A DNA stretch of 63,610 bases, counting the filler, from Sphacelaria rigidula (taxonomy: Eukaryota), in NCBI GenBank assembly GCA_964200075.2. It is 7 parts of 7 records of this genome, joined end to end, with 100 filler letters (N's around TTAATTAATTAA, not from the genome) between each part and the next. Parts side by side here need not be neighbours in the genome. Positions count along the whole stretch, not along the records: positions 1 to 9,002 come from CAXNAA020009544.1; positions 9,103 to 18,104 come from CAXNAA020009545.1; 5 more parts are not named here. One strand, 5' to 3'. Both the position numbers and the translations under genes were made by a program. The notes under the pieces were generated by a model. The model made no database searches and had not been told where the DNA came from. It worked only from the letters and a program-made list of their open reading frames with translations. Shown in pieces: positions 1 to 12,227 of the stretch; positions within the stretch are counted from its first letter, which is position 1; the number at the start of each line of letters is the position of its first letter.

Positions 1-2831
1 CCGAGCATTTTGAACAAAATAAATGGAAGTTCGATGGTCAGTTGAACCTCATAAAAATGTTCAACCTCAATAACGATTCCAGGCTATTGAATCATATCAA
101 TGGACAATACACGCATCACCTACGGACGACGATTTGGCTCGTAAGAAATGAACTACATTTCTAGTACATTTATTCAAGTCTGGGAGTGGTCGGTGTTTAG
201 GTGATTTTTTTCCTCCGGAAAGCTCGCTCCACATCAGGAATTGGACAATCTTGTTGCACTAGCTAGTGTCTTGCTTCTGTCTGTACCAGTCGGGAAGCAC
301 ACGCCCGCGAGCTGCCACCCCACGTTTCTCGTCAGTGTGAAGATAACAAAACAAGAGCACGAACAGCAGCTGTTGTGGCCGCTACACACCAACGAAACTG
401 CAGTGAAAGGCGTGCCTGATATGGTGCTAGAACGAGAAAGTACGGAAAATTGGAGATCATGAGCAGCAGCGTCGCGCATCCGGAAACTGCTGAGAACGAT
501 GCTGATGATGTTGACGATCAAGAGGTTCATGCTGTGCGAATTGGCTACGCGCTGCATGTCCTACACACAGCTATGACTGCGGGATTGGAGAGTGAATTTC
601 TCATGGGCCCCATGGGTTCAGGGTCATAACATGAGTTGAAGGAATCCCATCTTGTCAGTCGCTTGGGCACGGTCTGGTTCTCTCTGTCCAGATCAACATC
701 TTCAACGTCAATTTTCCCTATTTTCAGTATGTACAGGCAGTCACTTGAAACATCGTGGCTCTGCCGACCTAGGCATACATGTTGCGCAGTCTGAAATCGA
801 AATGACTCTTCGCACCTTGACTTCTCCGCTGGAACCCTCAGACACAACAGCCGAAGTTCATGTGTGACCTCGCTCTCTGCAACTCAATACATGAAGGGTA
901 CTCGCTGTTGAAAAGGCGAATTTGCCCTTCGTGCACAGCCGTACAGAACAAAGCAGCACCTGGTGGCATGCCACAAATTCAAATGCCATCCGTCACACAC
1001 TGCTCGCAGCAAGAAAAAAAAACACACAGCCGAAAACAAGGCTTGTAGAACATCGCATAGTTTGCATCTCATTCTGATACTAATAATAGTATATACAGAC
1101 AGTTACTAGATACATGACCGCGATCATCAGCAGATGTAACGCACATACTCGTACTAAAATCGCTCTCGACGCCTTGGCTTCTGCACTGGAGAAGCAGCCG
1201 CCAGCTTTGTCTTTCTTCTGTCAACTCTCCCTCTGTAATTCGACACTTCAAAGGATACTCGCTGTTGAAAGGCGAATTTGCCCTTTGTGCACAGCCGCTC
1301 AGAACAAAGCAGCGCCTGGGGGCACGCAACCCAAGTGCATGTTGTCACAACTTGCTTGCGGCAGGAAAAGTATTTAAGAGTATGCGCACCATTTTTTTTT
1401 ATGTTGCCATCTTCGACCTCGAAAGACGCTACTGATCCTCAACCCAAAAGTGCCGATCGCGCAACTCTTATAACTCGGCAACGAAGCGGGGGATTGAACT
1501 GCGGTTTCTTGCGTGCGCTTCCCACACACCCAAGCTATGTCGCCTAGTTTGGTTTTTGCGTTTGCGCGTGATGCTGACTCGCAAATGACCTAAATATACT
1601 CAAATAAGGTGTTTTCCGCTCTGGGAGGGGATTTTCGTGCCGCTGACGCGACGCCAGCAAAATATCCAACTAGGTGCCCTAGATCTTGTGTGTATGCGGG
1701 GGGCTGTCAAGTGCCGTGGACCGGCTTGCCCCCTGTGTCGAGAACCGCGCGATCTCCAGTGCTACAGCTTTCCCATACTACACCAACTTAATAAGTGATG
1801 AAGCGTGTGTTCAGTTCGTGAGGGCCTCGGCACAGGTCCGACCACCTACTGACGTGTTCATTATTCCTCCGCGTTATTTCTTATTTTAAATCTTGTGCCG
1901 ATTTTTGGTCGTTAGAGTCCCCATTCCTACCCATACTCGTGTCAAAACGTCATGGAGAACGACTTAAAATTGACCAATGCAACCGCGTTTTTTGTCGAGA
2001 ATCGTTTGGCTTGCTCTTAGAGTGCAACAACCTTACCCGGAACTTTGACGTTCTCTTCAAGCTTTGTTCACCCACTGCTCACCGGTTCGCACACCACTAT
2101 CAGACGCTTTGGCACTCTGAAGGCCTCATCTTCGTGCCATCTCAGACACTGCGCACCTACAGTACAACATGCATTGTTGCACAATCACAACTTGTGCAGT
2201 AGCACTACTTTGCGACTGCGGCACAACCGACTGTAACCGAAAAAACGATTTCAGCGGTTTTCTTGCCCTAATTCCGCCGCACATGTCCCTCAACTCTCTA
2301 CCCTTCGCAGCTGACGACAGTCTGGTATTCCGTTTGATGAGAGATTGTCGGATCGCAGTGCTACGTGGATTGAAAGACGCGCTATGATCTGCAGATCACC
2401 ACGATGTCTCATAGTAGACATAACTCGTGATGTATCGTCAGTTAAGACGGGCTGAAGGAAAGTCCGTTCCTTCGGCGGTCTAGCCTGTACGTGAAGGGAT
2501 ATGCGCGCGCGCGCGCGGAGCGGGGGGGTTCGCCTACTTTTTGTTTTTTTTGGTTGCCTCCCGGCTAGTGTTTGGCTCTGGTATGGAAGAGGTAGGTGAT
2601 GCTCTCGGACGGATGGACGGACGGACTTGCTTCGCTTTGCCGGGGCTGGCTGCTACTTAGTCATTCGGCTCTGGAGCGTGTTGTTGAGGAAATGAAATAA
2701 CATGACAGGAAAGAACAGGATCAGGTTTTTCCTGGTTCTCGGTCGGGACCACCCTATTGAGTGTTTGCACATCCTTGTCCCCGCGCTGCGGCCGGTTGTA
2801 AATTATGTATGTGGGCAAACGCGACGCGCAG

Positions 2832-5800
2832 AGGACCAGTTCCGAAATGGAGACTTCCTGCGGCGATGGGGGGACTACCGCAAATGCCGCTGGCCTGTTG
2901 AGCTATGCAGTCGTGAGGTAGGATAATCGTTTGTCGATCGACCCCGTCGGTGTTTTTCTGTTTTTCTAATTATTTTCCTCTGCGGTGTTTGTTCTGTGAA
3001 CTGTTTCGATCCTCGGCGCTGTTTTGCTGCACGCAACGCCGTGTATGTATGGCTGTTTGGATGTGAAAGTTTCTTGGAGGGGCAGTTCCACCACGACGGC
3101 CGAAGGATGGCTGTGAGAATTGTCATGCCCTTGCGTGGCGCGATGTTGGAAGGGTGAGGCCTTCTGCAGGGTTGTCTACCTCTGACGCTGTGAAGCTCGC
3201 GCTCCGTTGTACCTATCGTTCCGATTTTCTATTCCCCTCTTTTCGTGAGTTCTTGGAACCCCTGAGAACCTTCGAGAGTGAAAACTCCTCGTGTCGCCTA
3301 ACAAGCGCACACCATGAAATGGGCGTTCTACCTCCTGCATCTTTCTAGCCGAAGAGTCGACACAACCCCTGTCACTCTGTTGCATTCATTTATTCGCCTT
3401 TTAGATAAGAGCATGAGATAACGGTGTCGGCCATCCAGCAAACAGTCATATTCCAACGTGTGGACACACCGTGCTTGATTCTTTATTCCACGTTTCGATT
3501 TTTTGGTGCCATTTTTTCGTTCTTTTTGATTTTTGTGATGTTCATGAAGACTCAATGGACCGAAAAGTTCATGAGAGTAGGGCGGCGCGTGCACTGCGCC
3601 AAGGCGACAGGGGGTTCTAGTGGGTTTAACCCCCACACTACCTTGAGCAAAGCTTTCCAAACGCTCGAGGTGCCTACCCCGTATGACCGCCACACGAGGG
3701 GTAATCGGCGCACGAACCCGTTCGTGGCGTAACTGTGAGTAAGATCTTCTCCTTCGTTCAGGGGGGGAAACATAAATGAAGAAAATGGACACGCATGCTC
3801 TCTTCACTTTCCATCTCTCTCCCCTTGTGTGCGTCAACAGAACTTTGTCACAGTTTCACGAGACTCGCCGACGCCCCTGGCGGACTTCTTCGCGATGCAA
3901 AATGACCGGTGTATCGAGGCGTTTTTAGCCGACGACGGCAGCAGGAGTGTGTCGAAAAGGTCCGCAGAAAGCGGCGACTGCGGCGGCGGCGAAGCATTAC
4001 ATACTTCCACGCCGCCGAGTACTCGGCGAACAAGAAAGACGGTGATCAGCTTTTCACATTTTGTACCGCGGCAGGAGCTGTGCCCCGAGAAAAGGTTTCT
4101 GTCGGAGCCCATGCTCACCAAGGTGTGCGCGTTTTAACAACAGTTTGATATTTTGTGGGTGATTGATGGCCTTTTTAGCGGTGGAATGGAAAGTATGTGT
4201 TTGTGATTTTCATCCGTGTGTGTACGTGCGTTCGTGTATTGTCTTGGCGCACGCCCTTGGGGGAAAAAAAAAAGTGCTTATTTTGTCACACCACGAGTGT
4301 ACCGTATATGTGTCACGTCCTGGAGGATAATGATAATAGATTACATCGTTAAAACGTCTGCTGCCTACAGTTCTGCCCGTGAATGGGGCCCGATTTTGGG
4401 CACTATATATCGGGAAAATGGACCGACCAACCACACCGTCAGTTGAATGCAGAAGAAATAGAACCTAAATGAGCCAATCAGTATCAATCACAATCACAAG
4501 TACACGCCTCACTCGAAATACCGACGACGCTTATACAAAATTTACCATAGTTGTAGTACATTCTACAACAAACCTGTGACTAACGTTGCTGTACACCTGT
4601 ACACAGGGTTACAACAACAGGAGGATAGAGCTGCTGCTCGTGTTGTTGTGCCCATCTTTCAACGCAGACTTCTCAGCAACGATGCAGAGGATTGGACTGC
4701 GGTTTGATGCGTGCGCTTCCCACACACCGGAGCTATCCAGTGTGGCCGCGGATTTCTGTAACGCGTGCCGCGGAGGCCGCAGCACTTTGCAAACCGCCAA
4801 ATTGTACTAAAAAACGCGTTTCCTTCAACGTTCTGGGGCTTTTCGGACCCGCTGTGGCGAATTGAGCAACTCCGCGGCCACACTAAATACATCCAGTGTG
4901 TGCGGGGGGCTGCGAAGTGCCACAGGCCGGTTTGGTTCCCATCTCGAGAAAAATGCGATGGAAACCTTACAGCTGTCGCATACTAAACCTAGGTACCTTG
5001 GGATGGAGCGTGTGTTCTGTTCGGCAGAGGTTCGACACAGGCCCGACCAGTCTATGACGTCTTCAGTACGTCTCCACTATCGCTCCGCGCTTAATTTTAT
5101 TTTTGTTGACCACGGATTTTTGGTCGGTAAGGTCTTCATTCACGGGCATGACAGTATCGATTATTAATACGAGCTGTACCAGCTGACAGTGATGTGCGAA
5201 TGTATCCGGGCCGGGCGGTGGGTAATCCGAAGCGTTGGGCGCTAAAATTTCGGCACAACATTTTTGTCATCACTACGCACAACCTTCCCGGGGATGCCAA
5301 GAGAAAAAACAAAAACAGAAAGTTGGAGCGATTTGAAATTTCTGCAAAAAGTTGAAGAATGCTATAACGTCGTGAAAATAAACAAATTCAGGGGCATCCC
5401 TAGTGTAGTTGTGCGTCCTTGTGTGGAGGAGATCCTCGTACAATTTCGACAAAAAATTCCACAAGTATGGCGCAGCATTCAAATTTTCGTGTGACACGGC
5501 TGCGCTCCTTAATCCCAGTGATGCAGTTGACTCCAGTTATGGAGGTCACGAGTTCGAATCTCGACGGATTCCTAGTTTTTTGTTCCGTCGGTTAGGTGAT
5601 ACATTACGAAGTACATTTTTTTCCTTTTTTTTTCACTCAGCAGCGGTCCCGTGCGTTACCACGTTGGTCTGCAGGTCACACCGATATCCGCAATTCGGGC
5701 TGATTTGGTAAACTCGATGAGTTTTGGTGTGACATGCTGCTGCGGGATTTACTGCTGGCCCAGCTCGTATTTCGTCTTACGCGATAAGACAAAGGATTCC

Positions 5801-7573
5801 ATGTTGTACGCAGTACACTTTTTCGGACAAAGTAATCTATTGTTCAGGGGGCGATGTGTATTGTCCGTGTGAGTCCCTTCGCAAGGTGTGCGTCGCTTTT
5901 GTGAGCTGAGGGCGCTTTGGGGCGGATCCTCTCCTGCGGAAAACACCCAAAGAATGCCGCCTCGCAAGTCACTCGGCGTGCATCGTGCGTTGCTGTCCTC
6001 GCCAGGCTAGGCTGCTCGATCGGCTCTCGAACTTTCTAAGACGATTGCATCATGCCCGCGAAAATTTTACTGAATTGTCCTTTGCGTCGTTTGTTGGAAT
6101 CACCGCTGCTGTCTGCCATCTCATTTCGACCACCGCCGCATGCATTCTTTGGGGGACGGGGGCGGGGGTCTGTGCCGTGATACAAACTCGTAGGCTATCG
6201 GGTCGGCCCCTCTAGAGAAGCAAATACGGCGGCTTATGTCGGACGTGCATATTTACGGACATACGCACATCCCGTATGATATCGATGTGGAGGGGGTGCG
6301 CTACGTCCAATGGCCCCTCGGTGAGTCGTGAAATATGAAACCACGTTTTGTGAGTAGGGTTTGCTGTTGAGTTGTGTTTTGCTCTGCTCTTCCATGTTAT
6401 TTTTTCGAGGATTGCACTCTTTGTCTTTTTCCCCCACATTCGGGCTTGTTATTGTTTCTGCTGTTGATGTTATCTTTTGTGCTATGCTCTTCAGGGAGTG
6501 CTTTTTTTTTCACGTGCGATATATTTTTTTCATTTCTCTCTGTTTCCTTTATTCCTTCGTTCCTTCGTTGTTTGTACGTACCCGCATTCCCCCGCATTCC
6601 CCCATCTCCGAAAACTCGACCTGTTACTATTAATACCGACGTCTTCATGTATCAATCCGGAAACCGTTTGCGTTTTCACGTTTGCGTTTCGTCGATCACT
6701 TTCAGGAAGCGTCGGTGAGCAATCACGGCAGTGCCAAAGAATGCGCGAGCAAGGGCCCCTTCTCGTGTACTCACACGATGGCACGACGGGCGGGCTGGTG
6801 CCGGAGGTACCGACATTCTGGGGGGACTATTACCGAGAGAACGATAGGGACGTACGTGAGGTACGAGGACCAACATGCCTTCCCCCCTTGTAGAAGTCTT
6901 GGGCCGGTGCACAAATGTCATGGTGATGAAATGTTGTCTCCCCACCCGCCCTCTAAGCACGTTCCGAATGGACCACCACACCATGCACGAACTGGGAGAC
7001 TAAGATGGAGGTGTTGGTTGGTATGCAGGTTATGGACGAGGTTGCTTTGCTTCGACGAAACGTTCTCCTTCGATTAGACTACTTGAAGGAGAGGTAATTT
7101 CATTGACAATGCGGTAAGCGGGTGGCAATGCTCTATTTCGGCACGCATTCGAGCATGTATGCCGCCGCGCCCCGGTGATGTAATGGTCCGACTGTCGCCG
7201 TTAGGGTAGAGAGAACGAGGGTTCGATTCCCGATGCGTTGGGGTTTTTCTTCGTAATGTCTGATTTCCACCGTGGAAAGCGTGAAATCGCGAGTAAACAA
7301 AGTAGCCGACAAAGTTTGTTTGACGTGAGCTGACGTGGTGCGGGAGCGCTGACCCAATCCGCGAGCACTGCATATGTAGGACATGAATTATGATGTGCCC
7401 TAGAGTACGACTCAGATACGAATGACCCTCACCGCCTCCCCCCCCCCCCCCCCCCCCCAATAACGGATATCCTCTGATTGGTGTATTTGCAGACATTTGT
7501 ACCAGAGTGGGCTCTGAAGCGGATTCGCGGGCGGAGAAGATCCAGACCACGGTCCAGCGACGAAAACAAATGA
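2832..7573 (+). CDS. Calcineurin-like metallophosphoesterase (PptH-like / plant MPP superfamily), 5'-partial, 5 exons
   Basis: Exons with AG/GT boundaries and matching phases: 2832-2917 (DQFRNGDFLRRWGDYRKCRWP), 3841-4122 (..VISFSHFVPRQELCPEKRFLSEPMLTK), 6194-6320 (AIGSAPLEKQIRRLMSDVHIYGHTHIPYDIDVEGVRYVQWPLG), 6706-6860 (..PLLVYS..FWGDYYRENDR; alternative donor after 6851 possible) and 7493-7573 (TFVPEWALKR..stop). SHF and GHTH are metallophosphoesterase motifs IV and V. N-terminal exons were not found in this contig. Confidence 0.88.
5170..5767. mobile_element. MITE with related TIRs (CGAGCTG..CCAGC), TA-flanked, in a phosphoesterase intron
   Basis: TA|CGAGCTGTACCAGC ... GCTGGCCCAGCTCG|TA. 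The internal sequence differs from the 1.3-kb family and contains a tRNA-like B-box. Confidence 0.65.
7168..7248 (+). other. tRNA-derived SINE head or tRNA pseudogene
   Basis: A-box-like TGATGTAATGG (7176-7186) and B-box GGTTCGATTCCC (7219-7231), followed by a T-run. It does not fold into a clean cloverleaf. Confidence 0.5.
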
Positions 7574-7653
7574 TACAAAAAAATAGGACCGAAGGCCAGG
7601 GGATTCTCTCTTTTTGGCACAAACCCGCGGGTTGTCGGGTTGGAAATACTGAT

Positions 7654-7684
<31 letters not shown>

Positions 7685-9002
7685 TTGTTGTTGACGAGGG
7701 TGACGTGAAACCCGAAATTATGTCTTCCATCCTCGGCTGATTCTGCACACGGTGTGTCTGATCGATCGATTCGTGAGTGGGGATGCTCATGCAAGGGCTA
7801 TTGTTTCCTTTGGCGTGCATTATGTGTGCACCCCGTGCGTGAGATGTTTTGCTCCCCGTGAGACTTGGAGAGGTGTAGGCGTGAAAAAGTCGGAAGTTGA
7901 GTAGGGTTTGGCGGTCAACAAGCGTTGTGCTTTTGATTTATTCTTGTTGTTGCCGGAGAAATCACGATCGTTGTGTAGATGTGTTCGAGGGAACCGATTT
8001 GTTCTGCGCAGATATCAGTATTATCATGGCTTGTAAAAGAACGATTTTCTGCGCCACAATGATGAGCCCTCTTGCTTTTTTTTTTAGTTTGTCGGTTCGG
8101 AGTAACGGAGGTGTCGAAATCACGCCCGTTTTGACTCTTTTTTTTTAATCTCACAGAGTGAGAGGTGCATGTCTACCTGTTTGAACATGCAACTGTATTA
8201 TCTTGTTGTCTCCAGGGCGTCCGTAATTTCGGCAGGGTGGATCTATTGTCTCTGTTCCAATTTTCACGGTACAACATCGAAAGCTACGGCATTTGTTTTT
8301 CTTAGTCCTTCGTCTCTCGAGGAAGAACGGATGTGATCTTCGAGTTTTTGCGTCGTACAAGATCCTTGGTCTTTTTTTCCTGACCTGCCTGACCTATCTA
8401 AACCTGTAATCCCTCTCCGCGATCCTCACTCTATGTACGGGAAGATCTTGGATTAATCGAGAGCAAGCAATGGTGCAATTCCAATTTTCAAATTGGTTGT
8501 TGTCTCAGGCCATTCAGATTCGGCATTAGATTTCTGTGACAAAAAGAGCGTTTCGATTTTTTCAGAATATATGCTCAGAACCAATCAGAACTTTCAAGAA
8601 TCGATCAGAACTTTGTTGGCTATTTCGTCTCGAGTCGAACGAACAAGGCGCTTCCCGCACCAATTATTTCTATGCTGTAGTGGTCGCTGTGTTGTTGTGC
8701 ATCTAAACACTCTACGATGACCACGGTGCGATGTGCGCTGGAGAGTGCCTGAACAGTTGTAGTGTTGCATGCAGTGTTTCGGTCTGCACAGAATTGGGGT
8801 GGGATTAAAGCATTTATCGCCCCGTGGAGGAATCATACTGTAATTGGTTTGGGATTGGTTTGGGACTAGACTAGAGACGGATAATACAATTTACACGACG
8901 ACCTGCTGTCCGTAACCTGAAGTTGACTGGATGCTCCGCAAATATAGAGAAAATACTAGAGGGAAATGTACCAATTAAGATACGATTAAGGCACCTGGCG
9001 GG

Positions 9003-9102
9003 NNNNNNNNNNNNNNNNNNNNNNNNNNNNNNNNNNNNNNNNNNNNTTAATTAATTAANNNNNNNNNNNNNNNNNNNNNNNNNNNNNNNNNNNNNNNNNN
9101 NN
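9003..9102. other. Artificial contig linker (N44-TTAATTAATTAA-N44)
   Basis: The same 100-bp linker with a six-frame stop core occurs at 9003-9102, 18105-18204, 27207-27306, 36309-36408, 45410-45509 and 54511-54610. The segments between them are 9000-9002 bp in decreasing size. Confidence 0.98.
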
Positions 9103-12100
9103 CGGACACCGTTAAGGGCTCGTATAAACATAACGGACTTTGCTTATGGGACAGAGGAAGTATGTAAACAAAAACAGAAAACATGTTCAGCAGCAGCATA
9201 TTTCAGTAGTGTATTGCAAGCGTACACCCACCGCCATCAGCACCCAGCAGTATCGCGTAGAACTTTGCACAGTAGCAGCAAAGCACGACTTGCAGCACAA
9301 GTGGAGCTGGGCTACGGTAGTGGTGGGGCTTTGCTGCCTTGTCGTACACTCATATATTCCGCAGCCGTAAGCTGCGGGCCAGGAAAACCTCCGACAGGGG
9401 CATCCCTTTGTTTGACTCTTCCTTGCTTACTTTGAACGTGCCGTCGACTGCTTCACTTCTGCATGAATGATGTCATTGACGACATTATTACAAGCAGGTG
9501 CATGCCGTGAGTAATATCGACCTAGTTAGAAAAACATTCTTCGTGGCCTTAAATATCTGATAATTTGCTATCAGATCACAATTCCAAGGCCACAGGCGTT
9601 TAACCGTTCTGACCAAGCACCAAATACACGAGCGAACAACGTGAACCACTCAGTCGAGTAGGGGTTTCTATTGGGTAATCAACGCCAATAGTATTTTATG
9701 CTCGAAAGGCAGCAACCTTACGGTGTAGCCGAACGCGTATACCTGTAGGACTGACAGGATATATAGTTTCGAGGTTGTCAAAGCGTGGTACGCCGTACTG
9801 TAAGCACACAAAGCATATGTACGATGATCGTGACGTTACTCGTGCGCAAGCTTGTCCCTCGTGACCGGCACTTTTACACCTGACGGCACCATTTTATGAG
9901 CACTTTTCAATGTTGTAATAACTGGTATGCTATCACCACGCACGTTGCAAAACAAAACGAAAGTGTTCCATGTTACACGTGATCGGCTGCTTGTCACGAG
10001 TCCGGAATTCTACACCTGTCTTCCTCGCGTGTCCATGTTCCTGAACCGGTTCGAAAACGAACATGCGCGACCATCACCGCCTACCGTCTGGTTTCACACC
10101 CTGAAGAATAGATGACATTTTCAAAAAGTGTTCCGCGTACATTATCGAACCTTTTGTAATTTGCAGTCGACGCATTAGTCGATACTTCACGCAGCACACT
10201 ATTGATAATGTAATCAAATGTCTAGGGTGTAGTGCGGTTCAACTATGGCCACGTGAGACTTATACTGGGTTCGGCGGTGGTCATGTGAAATTTTCACGTT
10301 TGCCGTCTAGTCTGAAGATGCTCATGCGAGAGCTTGCCCTGCACATGACAAGTCTTGAAAAAAGTCAGCCAAGTTTCTGTTTGATTTCCTGCAATGCTGC
10401 GATCGCGTTGCCGACACCAAAACGAGTCCGATACTACTTTCGACCCCTAACTTGTCCCCGGTCGAACATCATGGCAGAAACAGAAGCCAATGGGAAAATC
10501 TTCAAAAGATTGTATGGTATATTCAAGCCCTTGAAGACTTACGGTGGTAATATTTTTAGATACTAAGAAACGCGTTTTTCCTCAGGAGATATTAGTTGTT
10601 TATGTAAGTCCACTTTCTTTCTTAATCTGGCGGACCCATGATGAGGACATTCTTGATGCGTCAATTCATAATCTACAGCTCATCATGTTCAAACTTCGAA
10701 GACTACGCGTTTCGGGGTGGCGTGTGCCGATGCTCACGGTGCTCGGTCCTTTCCCGCCCGTTCTTTCTTCTGAGCGGGTGCTCAGCTGCTCAGGATGACG
10801 ACAGTCCGCGAGGTACCTTGCTGTGCTTGTTCACCCCCTGCGCCCTTACTTGAGGACATCGTCGTACACGCTAGATGAGAAAGACAACGCGGCGGGAACA
10901 CTTCTTCAAGAAATATTCTTGCTGAACGGGAACGCATTTCCGAGTATCTGACCGTGTAGAACACTTTTTACGGGGATTGAAAAACGCATCCTGAAAGAAA
11001 AGATCGATGTGGTGTTTTGTAGGGGATACCGAATTGTTGATAGGGTATTTTCAGAGGTATAAAAGGGGATATTTAAACGGTAAACGCCCATCCGAACCAT
11101 AACGGAGTGTTCCGAACAAGGTTCGATACCCTGCCGGACCATACCGGAATGTTCGAAACATATCTCGGTTGGGTTCAGTATGCCAAACCAAAAATCTCTC
11201 ACTTTCGGGTATACGCTACCGAACACAAGCTTGAAAAAAGTCGTCAATGTCATTCTTGTTTCTTCTTTCCCCATCAAGCTATGATGTGAGATGATTTTTA
11301 GCAAGCAAAAGCGCATGCACTCGTGGTCGTGGCCAAACGGTTGTCCCAGATATTCAAAGTGAGCACTTTCGATCATCAAAGGTGCAAGCAAAAAGTGCAT
11401 ATCTTGCATGTTTCGGTCGCACCATTCTTTCGTCGTGGCCCAGTACATGAGTGGTTGACATGTCATGAAATACACCCTTTTTTATCATGAGTCGCCTGAG
11501 CCGTAATAAACAGAGGCACTTCACGCACATGATGAAATAAAGCAAAGTGTGTGTTGCGGGCCCATCACCATTACCATCACCATCTTCACCACTGGCAGCG
11601 AACCTCTTCCTGTTTTCAGCTCTAGAACAAAATGTAAGACTTCGTCTCGTGTTCTTGTGCGCATCAATAAAGGGCAGCGCGGTATCGGACACGACAGTAA
11701 AGTGGTGTGTGCGGTAACTTCGAATTCAAAAGAAAATGTACTGATGTTCTGAAATTCTGGGGTAGTGGATGCAGGCTTTGAGGAATGTGACGTTCAACAG
11801 CATCGGTGTCGCTCTCGAGATATGAAGAGTATCTTTCCGACAAGGAATCTCTTCAGCAACTACCACCACGCCGTGCAGCCACGCGGACTGTGTGCGACGA
11901 ACCGTACGTAATTAGGGGTTCAACTGGAAGCTCTCAACACTGGCTTTCCGCTCGTCACCCCTTGACCACAAGATTCAGCTGTCAGAGGCACCTTCTTGAG
12001 TCTTCTTTACTTGCTGTTGCTACTACACTCACTTAAAAGAAAATGCATCTCGTGACCACGAAGGCACCTTGAGGGAAGAATGCTCCAGGGTCGTATGAAA

Positions 12101-12227
12101 AATATCTTCTCGAAAAGAGTGCCACCATCATCATCATCGTCATCACCATCACCATCGCCATTCACCAGATCACCGTTACTGGACAACGATATTTGTGTCC
12201 GATACTCGGCATAAGGCCCCAACTCAC

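Noticed and set aside
5675..5707. AG|GT CAC ACC (GHT) as the phosphoesterase GHTH exon
   Set aside because: There is an in-frame TGA and it lies inside a MITE. The true GHTH exon is 6194-6320.
7074..7820. 248-aa minus-strand ORF
   Set aside because: It is antisense to the phosphoesterase last exon and made of poly-G and microsatellite-derived low-complexity sequence.
9047..9058. TTAATTAATTAA palindromes as biological sites (e.g. piggyBac TTAA targets)
   Set aside because: They are identical, centred in N-runs and spaced at contig length, so they are artificial linkers.
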